DNA from: Candidatus Bathyarchaeum sp.
GTDB lineage: Archaea; Thermoproteota; Bathyarchaeia; Bathyarchaeales; Bathyarchaeaceae
NCBI GenBank assembly: GCA_026014495.1
Contig: JAOZIF010000153.1
Coordinates: 9,681-33,458, forward strand
DNA: 23,778 nucleotides
Reading direction: 5' to 3'
The notes under the pieces were generated by a model, which was not told where the DNA came from, did not search any database, and worked only from the letters and a program-made list of their open reading frames with translations. This document shows, piece by piece, positions 1 through 9,814 of the stretch; within the stretch, counting starts at the first letter, position 1; each line of letters begins with the position of its first letter. The translations under genes and the position numbers were made by a program.

Positions 1-651
1 GAAACAACCAATTCAAAAGTTAGAAATGTTGAAGTTTATGTTGACCAACAAAAAGCGGGAACCACTACTGAACAAGGAACTATTGCATGTGAAGCAATGC
101 CTGTTGGTCAGCACCTCATTTCAATTTCGTATTCAGGATATGGAAATTTAGATGTAGGGTACATTACCATAGAAACTGACACCACCTCTTTAGATTTGTT
201 TGTTGATATGCCAAATCCTAAACTCACGGTTTCTATAACAATGGATACAAGATTGACGTTAGGACTACCACCAGATGAGGTGGGAACAGCAACAATAACT
301 GTTGGTAACCAAGGAAATCTTGCTTCAAAGGATACTATGGCACTAATTACAGTTTATGAACCTGAAAGTGAAAAAGTTCTTGATCAGGATTTAATCAGAT
401 TAGGAAGCATATCAGCAGGTGAAATTACAACACAGGATTCGAGAGAACTTGACACATCATACTGGAATGATGAATGTGTTTTGGTAGTTTTATTCGATGG
501 CAGTGATTACATTTCTGAAGAAAATTTAAGGAGTCTTATTAACGCTCAAGGATCTACAGTTGACGATTTAGTTTATGCTGTTACTGACTATTTAGCCGAC
601 AATCCTGAAGTCATTGGAAAAATTATCGATGCTGCACTTTGTTTCATTTGA
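1..651 (+). CDS. 3' part of a probable secreted/surface protein with PEGA-like and CARDB/Ig-like domains (5'-truncated by the window)
   Basis: Frame 1 is open from base 1 (ETTNSKVRNVEVYVDQQKAGTTTEQGTIACEAM...), so ATG 97 is internal. VEVYVD...G.T...GQHLISISYSGY resembles PEGA; TATITVGNQG...DTMALITVY resembles CARDB. Confidence 0.55.
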   Translation, partial: ETTNSKVRNVEVYVDQQKAGTTTEQGTIACEAMPVGQHLISISYSGYGNLDVGYITIETDTTSLDLFVDMPNPKLTVSITMDTRLTLGLPPDEVGTATITVGNQGNLASKDTMALITVYEPESEKVLDQDLIRLGSISAGEITTQDSRELDTSYWNDECVLVVLFDGSDYISEENLRSLINAQGSTVDDLVYAVTDYLADNPEVIGKIIDAALCFI

Positions 652-804
652 TTAACTACATGTGTATACTAAGACAACAAGAAACTAAGAAAACAAATGA
701 ATTTGTGATTAAAAATGAACAGAAAATCCGCACACAAATAGATAAAAAGATTGTACAAACCTGAAAACGCAAACAGCACTTAGTTTATTCACATGTTTGT
801 GCGG

Positions 805-892
805 CATATTAGGAGTCTAATAGCAGTTCATTGTTGAAAACTAGCTTTTTTTCTGAAATTTTCTGCACAGCACACATTTTCTGAAAATGTTC
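805..892 (-). repeat. Dispersed copy of ~90-bp intergenic repeat with TATTAG-N4-CTAATA core
   Basis: The reverse complement of 829-858 is identical over 30 bp to 21738-21767 (TTTCAGAAAAAAAGCTAGTTTTCAACAATG). Palindrome TATTAG-gagt-CTAATA lies at 807-822. Confidence 0.9.
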
Positions 893-927
893 ACATGTCT
901 GTTAGTATGCCAAATTGTTGTTTAGTG

Positions 928-3900
928 TTATTCGTTTGCGCCTTCTAGTATGCCTTCGGTTTCTAGGTAGAGTTTTTGGAGTTCTTTTTTCATTTCGTCT
1001 GTTGCGTTCCATAGGTTGCGTTCTATTGTTTCTAGGAGCCGTTCAACCATGTTTTGTAAAGCGTAAGGATTAACCTCTTTTAGCCACTCCTGCATCTTCT
1101 TGTCCAAAACATACTTGTTGGCAAGGTCTTCGTACATCCAGTCCTCAACAACCTCAACCGTAGCATCCCAGCCCATAACATCATCAAGAGTCTTAGAAAG
1201 CGTAGAAGCCCCAGCATAGCCATGACGCACCAAACTGCTAATCCACTTGGGATTAAGAAGGCGCGTACGAAAAACATGGCACGTCTCCTCTGCAGTGCTT
1301 CGAACTTTAACTCTGTCAGGGTCAGAACTATCACCACAATAAGACCGAGGCGCCTTCCCAGTTAAAGTCTTAACAGAAACAATCATGCCACCATGAGCAT
1401 CATACCAGTCATCACAGTCAAGTATGTCAAATTCACGCGAATCCTGATTCTTCACAGTCGCCTCAATCTCACAAAGACGAGCCTTAAACCGCTCAGGAAC
1501 CGAACTACCATAAACCTTACGGCTGTAAGCATAGCTGCCCCACGCAATGTAGATGTCACTCAAATCCTGTTGAGTTTCCCAATTCTTAGAACTCACCAAC
1601 TCACTAACCCCACAGCCATAAGCCCCCGGACGATCACCAAAAACCCTGTAATGAGCCTCATCACGCGCCTGCTCCGCGTCAACACCCTCAGCAACACGCT
1701 CACTAACCTCCTTCTCCACATGCTTTCTCACAAAATTTTGGTCTGAACTCTCATCCAAACCAGCAACCAAAGCCACAGCCTCATCAATAAGATGCACAAT
1801 ATTCGGAAAAGTATCCCTAAACAAGCCACTAATACGAACAGTAACATCAATACGCGGACGCTTCAACTCCTCAAGCGAAATAGCCTCAACACCAACAACA
1901 CGACCACTCGACTCCTCCCACACAGGCCTAACACCCATCAAATACAAAATCTCAGCAAAATCATCACCCTTAGTCTTCATCGTATCCGTAGCCCACAAAA
2001 TAGCACCCACACTCTCAGGATACTTGCCATCCTCCTTCAAGTAACGCTCCAACAAACTATCAGTCAAAGCAACACCCACACGCCAAGAAGCAGTCGAAGG
2101 CACAGCCCGAGGGTCCACAGAATAAAAGTTTCTACCCGTAGGCAAAATATCAGCCATACCCCTTGTCATAGAACCTGAAGGACCAGGAGGAACAAAGCAG
2201 CCTTCACAAGACGCCATAACATTGTCTAACTCATCTGTAGTCTTCGCCAAAGCAGGCACCAAAAAACCAGACACATACAACAAACACTGCCTCACACTAG
2301 AACTACCACAACCAAGCACACCCTCAATAACCTCATCAACAGCACAATCCACAAAACCCCTAGCATTAAACTGCCTAATCAACTCCAAAGCAATACCATT
2401 CATTTCCTTGATTACATCACCATTTGTCCGCCCATCAGACCGCAACTTCCCCTTATTCGCAACCAAATCCTCATAATCATAACCCTTCAACTCAGCAAGA
2501 GAACGCCTCAAAGAAGGCACAGACCCATTATCCAAACGCGTCAAAGTAACCAAAAACTCTTCAAGACGCTCATCAACTGGCGGCTGACCCAACGTATGCA
2601 AACCATCACGAAGCTGAGCATCCGACAAATCATGCAAATAAGCATGCAAACGCTCTAAGAAGCCATCAAAATCAGCAAAAACATCCTCTTTGGTAACTTG
2701 AAGGTCTTGGTCCAGCTTACCAGAAACTACAGTTTCCCAAATCACATTCTGCAAAACAGGCAACTTTCCCTCATCAACAAGCTTTGTATGATAATAGTCC
2801 TGCAACAAAACCTCAAGCTCCGCCAACTCCTCATACGTGTCAGCATTATGCATAACTGGAATTAAGTAATCAACAATGCAACAGTAACTGCGACGCTTAG
2901 ATTGCGTACCCTCCCCAGGGTTTGTAATAACGTAAGGATACACATTAGGCAAATCAGAAATCGCCACATCAGGAAAACAAGACCCAGAAAGCCCAACAGA
3001 CTTACCCGGCAACCACTCCAAACTACCATGCGTCCCAACATGAATCACAACATCAGCCTTAAACACATCCCGAATCCAACGATAATAACCATAATAATGA
3101 TGCGACAAAGAAAGATCAGGACTATGAAGACTAGCCGAATCATCCCCCAAAGAACCACGCGGAGGCTGAATACCCATGAAAACGTTCCCGTTAATCACGC
3201 CAGGAACAATCAAACTATTGTTGTAACAAAAAAGCTTACCAGGCGGACAGCCCCACTTCCCCTCCATCTTTTCGCGAGCATCAGACGGCAACTCACCAAA
3301 CCATTCAGCATACTGTTTACACGAAGTTTTACCCACAGCCCGTTTTGCAAGCTCTTCAGTACTCAACCAACGCAAATCATTAGTCAAACCGTTAATTATT
3401 CCATCTATAAGCTCCTGACCGCTTTCAGGCAAACTGTCTAAACTGTAGCCAGCAACTTTCATGTTCTTTAGCAAATTCAAAACAGAAACGGGAGTATCAA
3501 TTGCAAAAGCTTTACCGATAGTGTCATTTCGCGGAGGATAATTATGAAAAATTATTGCTACCTTTCGCTCACTGTTTACAACATGTTTTAGTTTCGCCCA
3601 ATTTATGCTCAACCGAGCCACTTTATCAACCCGTTCAGGAATCGGCTCAAAAGCAAGTATCTTAGTTCCCGTCAAAGGATTAATTTTAGTGGAACCCATC
3701 GCAGCCATAGGCACACTAATAAGAAAACCATCAAACTCAGGCATAACAACGCTAGCAGGTATGTCAATAAAACTAAGACCCTGCATAGTATCGCGCCAAT
3801 CTTCAAAACTGTTAACGGTTGTAATCGCCTTTATGACTGGAACACCTAACGTGCTCAAAGCCTCCAAAGCCTTACTACTAGAAGAAGTCAACGAAAAACA

Positions 3901-4623
3901 CATAACACTCACCACAGAATCCACAACAGGCTTTCCATCCTTCATAAAATAGGCCTCAACAACCTGACTCAAATTACCACCAAAAGAAACAGCAACAACA
4001 TTCACACCCCTACACTCAATCGCCCTGACCAAACTGTCAACAAAACTGGTATTCTCGCCACGCAACTGACTAACATGAAACAAAATCCCTACAGTCGAAC
4101 GACCAGACACAACCTTCAGTTCAGAATACTCATCCAACCCAAAAATTCTGTCAAAATCAGGATGATACACACCCTCCCACTGAATTTTCTCAGGAGGACA
4201 CACATCATAACATGAACCAGTAAAACGATTAGCCAAATACAACAAAAGATTCTCAAAATTCATTTTTCCACCATACATAAGATACCTCAAAATCCTCTGC
4301 TTATCCTTCGGCTCAACAGTACACACACTAGGCTGATCCTTATTTGGAGAAACAACCAACATCGGAACATTAACACTCCTCAAAGACGACACAAAAACAT
4401 CATACGCCTGAAACGTACCCATCAAATGCACAACAGCCACATGAGACTTTTTAGCAAACCGAATAAACTCATCCATCCCATCAAAATCTTGAGAAGAAAT
4501 ACCCACCTTAACACGCACATCCAATATGTCACCAAATTTTTGGTTCAAAGACGTAACAGCCGAAATAAGAGGCGCTGCATCAGTTATCATAGTCGCAACA
4601 AAAGCTAGCTTAAGTTTAGCCAT
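928..4623 (-). CDS. cobN: CobN/magnesium-chelatase H family large subunit (cobaltochelatase CobN-like)
   Basis: 1231 aa with family motifs HNYPP, HVGTHGSLEWLPGK, LPTGRNFYS, RPRIDV, RISGLFRD; divergent from cobD-cbiB. Confidence 0.93.
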   Translation of the reverse strand: MAKLKLAFVATMITDAAPLISAVTSLNQKFGDILDVRVKVGISSQDFDGMDEFIRFAKKSHVAVVHLMGTFQAYDVFVSSLRSVNVPMLVVSPNKDQPSVCTVEPKDKQRILRYLMYGGKMNFENLLLYLANRFTGSCYDVCPPEKIQWEGVYHPDFDRIFGLDEYSELKVVSGRSTVGILFHVSQLRGENTSFVDSLVRAIECRGVNVVAVSFGGNLSQVVEAYFMKDGKPVVDSVVSVMCFSLTSSSSKALEALSTLGVPVIKAITTVNSFEDWRDTMQGLSFIDIPASVVMPEFDGFLISVPMAAMGSTKINPLTGTKILAFEPIPERVDKVARLSINWAKLKHVVNSERKVAIIFHNYPPRNDTIGKAFAIDTPVSVLNLLKNMKVAGYSLDSLPESGQELIDGIINGLTNDLRWLSTEELAKRAVGKTSCKQYAEWFGELPSDAREKMEGKWGCPPGKLFCYNNSLIVPGVINGNVFMGIQPPRGSLGDDSASLHSPDLSLSHHYYGYYRWIRDVFKADVVIHVGTHGSLEWLPGKSVGLSGSCFPDVAISDLPNVYPYVITNPGEGTQSKRRSYCCIVDYLIPVMHNADTYEELAELEVLLQDYYHTKLVDEGKLPVLQNVIWETVVSGKLDQDLQVTKEDVFADFDGFLERLHAYLHDLSDAQLRDGLHTLGQPPVDERLEEFLVTLTRLDNGSVPSLRRSLAELKGYDYEDLVANKGKLRSDGRTNGDVIKEMNGIALELIRQFNARGFVDCAVDEVIEGVLGCGSSSVRQCLLYVSGFLVPALAKTTDELDNVMASCEGCFVPPGPSGSMTRGMADILPTGRNFYSVDPRAVPSTASWRVGVALTDSLLERYLKEDGKYPESVGAILWATDTMKTKGDDFAEILYLMGVRPVWEESSGRVVGVEAISLEELKRPRIDVTVRISGLFRDTFPNIVHLIDEAVALVAGLDESSDQNFVRKHVEKEVSERVAEGVDAEQARDEAHYRVFGDRPGAYGCGVSELVSSKNWETQQDLSDIYIAWGSYAYSRKVYGSSVPERFKARLCEIEATVKNQDSREFDILDCDDWYDAHGGMIVSVKTLTGKAPRSYCGDSSDPDRVKVRSTAEETCHVFRTRLLNPKWISSLVRHGYAGASTLSKTLDDVMGWDATVEVVEDWMYEDLANKYVLDKKMQEWLKEVNPYALQNMVERLLETIERNLWNATDEMKKELQKLYLETEGILEGANE

Positions 4624-4662
4624 ATTCTTTCAACTCTATTTTCAATGTACCTTCACACAATT

Positions 4663-4681
4663 TGGATGGAGTATCCATCCA
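4663..4681. promoter_or_regulatory. Candidate operator, palindrome TGGATGGA-gta-TCCATCCA, cobN promoter
   Basis: Perfect 8-bp arms, 40 bp upstream of the cobN ATG and just downstream (on -) of TATA-like TTATAT at 4687-4692. Second copy at 4862-4880. Confidence 0.8.
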
Positions 4682-4708
4682 TTGACATATAACAGTTGAG
4701 TTAAATCA

Positions 4709-4728
4709 AGTTGAACACGAGTTGAACA
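4709..4728. promoter_or_regulatory. Direct repeat AGTTGAACA x2 (11-bp period), possible second binding site
   Basis: 4709-4717 and 4720-4728 are identical; partial AGTTGA at 4694-4699; upstream of the cobN TATA-like box. Confidence 0.35.
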
Positions 4729-4861
4729 ATACATTCTTGTCTTCGAATAGAAGGCGAGCTGTCGTGGATTTGAATGATTACAGAAACGTTATTTCACAAG
4801 TGAACAAATTGCAGACCAAATAGCGCTTAATGCGTTTTCAAACTGCAAAGCATTAAAAACA

Positions 4862-4880
4862 TGGATGGACAATCCATCCA
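4862..4880. promoter_or_regulatory. Candidate operator, palindrome TGGATGGA-caa-TCCATCCA, cobD-cbiB promoter
   Basis: Perfect 8-bp arms identical to 4663-4681; sits 4 bp upstream of TATA-like TTTATA (4885-4890), over the expected BRE position. Confidence 0.8.
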
Positions 4881-4969
4881 AATATTTATACTGTAGCCAG
4901 TGTAACGATAAACATCATAGAAACAAAACGATTGATAACAGGTCCAAAAAACTGAAAGGTGAACTAAAC

Positions 4970-6106
4970 GTGAGATCGACATGGGAACTAGCAAGAGACA
5001 GCATCAAATCTCTCAAACCCTGTGTGCATGGAGGAGAAGTGTGGAATGCAGAAAAAAAGGTCAGTTATAATAGAAACGAAATTGTGGATTTTAGTTCAAG
5101 TATCAATCCTTTAGGGCCATCCCAAAAAGCGCTTGAAGCTATAGGAAAAAATCTTGGCAGTATTCAGATTTATCCTGATTCAAATTCTGAATGGCTACGA
5201 GAAGCGATTGCAACCAGTTTTGGGGAAATTGGCTCAAACAATGTAATTGTAGGCAATGGTTCGACAGAACTCATTTACTTATTTGCCGAGACATTTTTAG
5301 AGAAGGGTGAAATGGCATTGATACCTGCACCCACGTTTGGTGAATATGAGAAAGCAGTAAAAAAGGCAGGAGGTGAACCAAGACACATAAAGATGACACG
5401 GAATTTGGGTGTTGAGCCAAACATCTTCACGCGCCAAATCAAGGATGCAAAGATAGTATTTTTATGTAACCCGAACAACCCCACGAGCGCTCTTATTCCC
5501 CATGATACGCTGATTAAGATAATTGAAGATGCCCTCAAACATGATGTTCTTCTTTTTCTTGACGAGGATTTTTTGGAATTTGTTGATGAAGGAAAACAAG
5601 TTTCATTAGTAGACAAAATAAGTGAATTCCCCAACCTTTTTGTTTTACGCTCATTCACAAAGGTTTTTGGATTAACAGGACTTAGAATAGGATATGGAAT
5701 AGCTTCTGAAGACACAATTGAAATCCTTTCAAATGCTAAGACACCATGGAACGTTAACTGCTTGGCTCAGGTTGCAGCTTTGGCATCGTTAGCTGATAAA
5801 GAGCATATAAAAAAAAGCAGTCAAGTGGTCAAAACTGAGCGAGCGTTTTTGACTCAAGAAATAGCACAACTGAAATGCTTCAGTCAATATCCAGCCGATG
5901 CAAACTTTATTTTAATAAACATCAAAAAGTCAGGTTTTACTGCAGCACAACTCAAAGAAAAGATGTTACAACAGGGCATTCTGATTCGGGACTGCAGTTC
6001 TTTCAAGGGACTTGACGAGCATCATATTCGGGTAGCAGTTAAATCGCGTCAAGAAAATGAAAGGTTGCTTGAAGCTTTTAGAAAAAATTTGGGAATTAAA
6101 ACATAA
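4970..6106 (+). CDS. cobD: L-threonine-O-3-phosphate decarboxylase (PLP-dependent, aminotransferase class I/II fold)
   Basis: Motifs HGG, DFSSSINPLGP, CNPNNPT, RSFTKVFGLTGLRIGY; directly upstream of cbiB. Start moved from 4865 to GTG 4970 (SD AGGTGA at 4957-4962) because ATG 4865 lies inside the promoter palindrome. HisC-like activity is not excluded. Confidence 0.82.
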   Translation: MRSTWELARDSIKSLKPCVHGGEVWNAEKKVSYNRNEIVDFSSSINPLGPSQKALEAIGKNLGSIQIYPDSNSEWLREAIATSFGEIGSNNVIVGNGSTELIYLFAETFLEKGEMALIPAPTFGEYEKAVKKAGGEPRHIKMTRNLGVEPNIFTRQIKDAKIVFLCNPNNPTSALIPHDTLIKIIEDALKHDVLLFLDEDFLEFVDEGKQVSLVDKISEFPNLFVLRSFTKVFGLTGLRIGYGIASEDTIEILSNAKTPWNVNCLAQVAALASLADKEHIKKSSQVVKTERAFLTQEIAQLKCFSQYPADANFILINIKKSGFTAAQLKEKMLQQGILIRDCSSFKGLDEHHIRVAVKSRQENERLLEAFRKNLGIKT

Positions 6107-6120
6107 AAATTGGACGAAAA

Positions 6121-7086
6121 ATGTTCACAATAAACGTCTCTTTAGTTTTGGATTCGTTGCTCATATTTTGTTTAGCATTTCTTATCGACTACACGTTTGG
6201 TGAACTCCCAGACAGATTTCATCCAACACTATGGATGGGAAAGATTACAGATTATCTAAAACCCAAGTTCAGAAATAAAAATTCAAAAAATGAAAAAATA
6301 AATGGTATCCTTCTTTGTTTATTGGTTGCAACAATGTTTGTAGTTCCTACAAGCTTGGCGCTGTTTTGGATTCATGAATTGCTTGGCTGGTTACCGTACA
6401 TTGTTGCTTCTGCTATTGTGTTGCAGACTACATTTGCCATCAAATGCATGAAACAGTATACTCTGCCTGTTGCAAAAGCAGTGGAAAATAAAGATTACGA
6501 CAGAGCTAAGCAACTGTTGCCATTCATTGTAAGACGCAACCCAGACAAACTGACTGAAAGGCACATAATTTCTGCCACTGTTGAAACAATAGCTGAAGGA
6601 ACAACCGATGGTATAACTTCACCCTTTTTTTACTTCGCACTGTTTGGGGTTTCAGGTGCAGTTGCTTTCAGGGTCATCAATACGTTGGACTCGATGGTAG
6701 GATACAAGGACCCTGCAAACATCAACATCGGCTGGTTTTCAGCAAAAATGGATACAATAACCAATTACATTCCCGCAAGACTAACGGCAATATTGATGAT
6801 ATTAGCGGCATTAATTTTAAGAGAAAACTGGAGGAAAGCATGGAAGATTCTGCAAAGAGACAGAAAAAACACAGTAAGCCCTAATGCAGGATGGACAATT
6901 TCAACCATGGCTGGAGCATTAAACATTAGACTAGAAAAACCATCAGCTTACATAATAGGAGACAATAACAACTTGTCGCCAGCACATGTGAAAAAAGCTT
7001 TGCAAATAATGGTTTTAGCAGCAATACTTTTTGGAATCTTGATATTGTTCCCGATACTAATTCTAAAAGCAGTAATAATCATTTGA
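6121..7086 (+). CDS. cbiB: Adenosylcobinamide-phosphate synthase
   Basis: Hydrophobic 321 aa with GELP...HP, AE.TTDG, NTLDSMVGY, NYIPARL, SPNAGW, MAGAL motifs; 14 bp after cobD. Confidence 0.93.
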   Translation: MFTINVSLVLDSLLIFCLAFLIDYTFGELPDRFHPTLWMGKITDYLKPKFRNKNSKNEKINGILLCLLVATMFVVPTSLALFWIHELLGWLPYIVASAIVLQTTFAIKCMKQYTLPVAKAVENKDYDRAKQLLPFIVRRNPDKLTERHIISATVETIAEGTTDGITSPFFYFALFGVSGAVAFRVINTLDSMVGYKDPANINIGWFSAKMDTITNYIPARLTAILMILAALILRENWRKAWKILQRDRKNTVSPNAGWTISTMAGALNIRLEKPSAYIIGDNNNLSPAHVKKALQIMVLAAILFGILILFPILILKAVIII

Positions 7087-7234
7087 TGGTTCAATGTATC
7101 AGAAAATTCAATTAATTTTTTAGTTTCCTAACATGTCCAAGAGATTTTGGCAACAAATAATTATTTTACTGTGAACGGCTTAAGGGTATCTTCTACAATA
7201 GGGCTCTTGTAATACAAGGTAGGACAAAATAATC

Positions 7235-8311
7235 ATGATTAGTCAATTAAAGGAACAAATCAAAAAGCAGCTTGACCGAATGAATAATCCCTCTTTTTTG
7301 CAGTTTGCCATCTTCTTTGCAGCTTTTGTTGTGCCAGTGCTGGCGCTCTACATCAGGGATGCGAGCATGAATGCAGACTCCTTTGATTACCTTTGGAAAG
7401 GCAGAGCACCATATTTTCTCTTTTTATGGTTGCTAGTCTTAGAGGCTGCGCTTGGATGGAAAAAACTCAAAACTGAGCAGACTTTAGTCTGGACTAAAAA
7501 AACAGTTTTAGTAGCAGTAACCTTGATTCTGCCGACCATATATGCAGTGGGTTTGAACTTCGGGTTGTATGATGGTATTGTAGAGCTTGGAAAAGCTGTT
7601 GGCGTACCCGTTGAACAATATGGCGAATGGTACTTAACGCATTCTTGGCCATTCTCGTTTGAATATGTTCTTTTTGCATTGCTTTTTGTAACTTCAATTT
7701 GGCTCATGTACAAAAAGCAGGGACTGAAACTCTTTGCTGTATCCTCATTTTTCATCGGGGGCGTTGGCATATTCTACATGATTGACACATTCTATCCTTA
7801 CGGAACATTTACAGTTTTACAGGCTTTTGTTCCAGTTACTGTCTCTGGAGCAGTTCTTATACTGAACATTTTGGGTTACGGAACCAGAACATTCTCGGGA
7901 GGTGGAGATGGACTAGGACTCACGGTGACTGGAGCAAACAGCAGTTACTCTGCAATTGTATCATGGTCTTGTGCAGGAAGCCATAGTCTCTTTTTGTACT
8001 CATTTATGATAATGCTTTTTCTTAGGGGCACAAGCATATCGCGCACAAGAAAAATAATTTATGTTCTTGTGGGAGCGGCGGGAACCTTTTTTGTTAATAT
8101 TCTCCGAATTGTAGCGATTCTTTTAGCAGGAGTCAACAGCGGAGCCTCATTAGCAGCAACATTTCACGAATTTTATGGAGAATTCTTTTTCATCGCATGG
8201 ATGTTCATTTATCTGTCCATTATCTTCCTCGTTGAAACGCGTGTCATCAACAAAAAAGACGGCAAAGAGGAACCCATCGAAAAACACAGTGATGAATCAC
8301 AGTTTGGTTAA
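7235..8311 (+). CDS. Exosortase/archaeosortase family membrane transpeptidase (thaumarchaeosortase-like, Cys nucleophile)
   Basis: Multi-TM protein with WSCAG (Cys246, 7970), NILRI (Arg291, 8105) and FHEFYG (His311, 8165), matching the family Cys-Arg-His triad order. Confidence 0.85.
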   Translation: MISQLKEQIKKQLDRMNNPSFLQFAIFFAAFVVPVLALYIRDASMNADSFDYLWKGRAPYFLFLWLLVLEAALGWKKLKTEQTLVWTKKTVLVAVTLILPTIYAVGLNFGLYDGIVELGKAVGVPVEQYGEWYLTHSWPFSFEYVLFALLFVTSIWLMYKKQGLKLFAVSSFFIGGVGIFYMIDTFYPYGTFTVLQAFVPVTVSGAVLILNILGYGTRTFSGGGDGLGLTVTGANSSYSAIVSWSCAGSHSLFLYSFMIMLFLRGTSISRTRKIIYVLVGAAGTFFVNILRIVAILLAGVNSGASLAATFHEFYGEFFFIAWMFIYLSIIFLVETRVINKKDGKEEPIEKHSDESQFG

Positions 8312-8340
8312 CACACAAATAGGAAAAACCTCAGACACAC

Positions 8341-9795
8341 TCATGCAGTTTTTTTTGTTGTTCCTACCCTTTCCAGTGAACCCCACTTTGACTCTCTTTT
8401 AAGAATTACATCAAAAAGACTTTTTATTTTAATGAAATTCCGCAATTCTTTGTAGCCCACCACAAAGAATGGAGCAAAGACTACGAGTTTCACATCTTCG
8501 TTATCCAGCTGTACTGCTAAGAAACTGTATGTAATTTGAATCAACATGAAAACCAGCATCACAACTAGAGCCTGCAATCCGTAACCCCCAATCACTGCAA
8601 GTGCAATGACAAATAGAGACACTATTGAAACAAATGGGACAAAAATCATGGAAAGGATAACATATTGGAAAGTCAAGTTACGCAAGTAACCGAATCGTGC
8701 ATTGCTGAAAACGTTTCTATGTTTTACGATTGTTTGGAAAGTTCCCTTGTTCCATCTTGTTCTCTGTTTAATAAAGTCCTTCCAATTAACTGGTGCCTCA
8801 GTATAAACATAGGCTTCAGTTAAAGCTTGCACGACTCTTGTTGTTTTCAATAGTTTGATTGTAGTATCAAAATCCTCGGTTAGAGTGTCTTTGTCATAAA
8901 AACCTATTTCTTTCAAATCTTTTTTCCTAAAACTAGCTAAAGGACCTGGAACAACAGGAACAACCCCAAAGACATCGAAAAGCCTTCTCCAGATGTTCTG
9001 GTTTACGATGTACTCAAGTGCTTGACATTTTGTTAGCAAATTAGTTCGATTTAAAACCTTTACATTCCCTGCCACAGCACTAACCTGCGGGTCATGAAAC
9101 CGCCGAATAATCATTCGCAGGGCACTTCTAGCAATCATGCTGTCTGCATCACAGGTGATAATAATTTCACCTTTTGCAATCAATATGCCCGTGTTCAAAG
9201 CAGCAGATTTTCCCCCAGCTGTCGCTCTATGTAGAACCTTCACACCATTTGATCGGTATTTAGATGCCAACTGGTAAGTTCTGTCTTTTGAGCCATCATC
9301 AACTACAATAACTTCTTTTTTTGGATAGTCTATTTCTATTATTGCTTCAATGCAACGCTCTATCACTTTTTCTTCATTATGAGCGGGAACAACAATTGTA
9401 ACAACTGGCCAGTAGTTCATGTGTATTGCAGGCATGTTCATCTCTAGATGCCGATGGTAAATGGTTAATGGAAGTGCAAGGAAATTCGAGAAAAATTCAA
9501 CAGTTAATGCCGTTGCCAGAAGAGCTGTTGCAATAGAAAGGTATCCAAGGTAAACAGTGAGCCACCCAACAATTATTGGAAATATGAAAAATGACAGAAG
9601 AGAAAAAATAGTAATCTGCCGTGAAGCTCGTCTATTTCGATTACGTGCACTTCTAGCAGCAAACAAAAAATATGCTGCGACAGCAGCCCCTATGCCAAGA
9701 CATATCCAAGCTATGAATCCAGGTATAATAACAGCTACTAAAATGAGCTCAAATACTAGTACAACAGTAATTGTTACTAATTTCTTTGTACCCAT
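8341..9795 (-). CDS. Processive GT2 beta-glycan synthase (PgaC/IcaA/cellulose-synthase-like)
   Basis: DDGS, DAD, TED and QRTRW (QxxRW) motifs; N-terminal and C-terminal TM bundles; no PilZ-like extension. Confidence 0.9.
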   Translation of the reverse strand: MGTKKLVTITVVLVFELILVAVIIPGFIAWICLGIGAAVAAYFLFAARSARNRNRRASRQITIFSLLSFFIFPIIVGWLTVYLGYLSIATALLATALTVEFFSNFLALPLTIYHRHLEMNMPAIHMNYWPVVTIVVPAHNEEKVIERCIEAIIEIDYPKKEVIVVDDGSKDRTYQLASKYRSNGVKVLHRATAGGKSAALNTGILIAKGEIIITCDADSMIARSALRMIIRRFHDPQVSAVAGNVKVLNRTNLLTKCQALEYIVNQNIWRRLFDVFGVVPVVPGPLASFRKKDLKEIGFYDKDTLTEDFDTTIKLLKTTRVVQALTEAYVYTEAPVNWKDFIKQRTRWNKGTFQTIVKHRNVFSNARFGYLRNLTFQYVILSMIFVPFVSIVSLFVIALAVIGGYGLQALVVMLVFMLIQITYSFLAVQLDNEDVKLVVFAPFFVVGYKELRNFIKIKSLFDVILKRESKWGSLERVGTTKKTA

Positions 9796-9814
9796 TCATA
9801 AACAACCAATTTTT

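Noticed and set aside
874-890. Inverted repeat ACATTTTC-T-GAAAATGT
   Set aside because: AT-rich, within the 90-bp repeat copy and not preserved in the other copies.
1080-4608. Shadow ORFs overlapping cobN (e.g. 1393-1746, 1792-2178, 2902-3441)
   Set aside because: Low-complexity T/N/P/H/R products, explained by the G/T-rich cobN coding strand; no motifs.
4865-4969. N-terminal extension of CobD with CxxC and HH (YCSQCNDKHH), resembling a metal site
   Set aside because: ATG 4865 lies within the promoter palindrome and upstream of the TATA-like box; GTG 4970 has a proper SD, so the extension is probably not translated.
4624-4969. Cobalamin riboswitch in the cob leaders
   Set aside because: The inferred leaders (~40 and ~55 nt) are too short and no B12-box is recognisable; a covariance search would be decisive.
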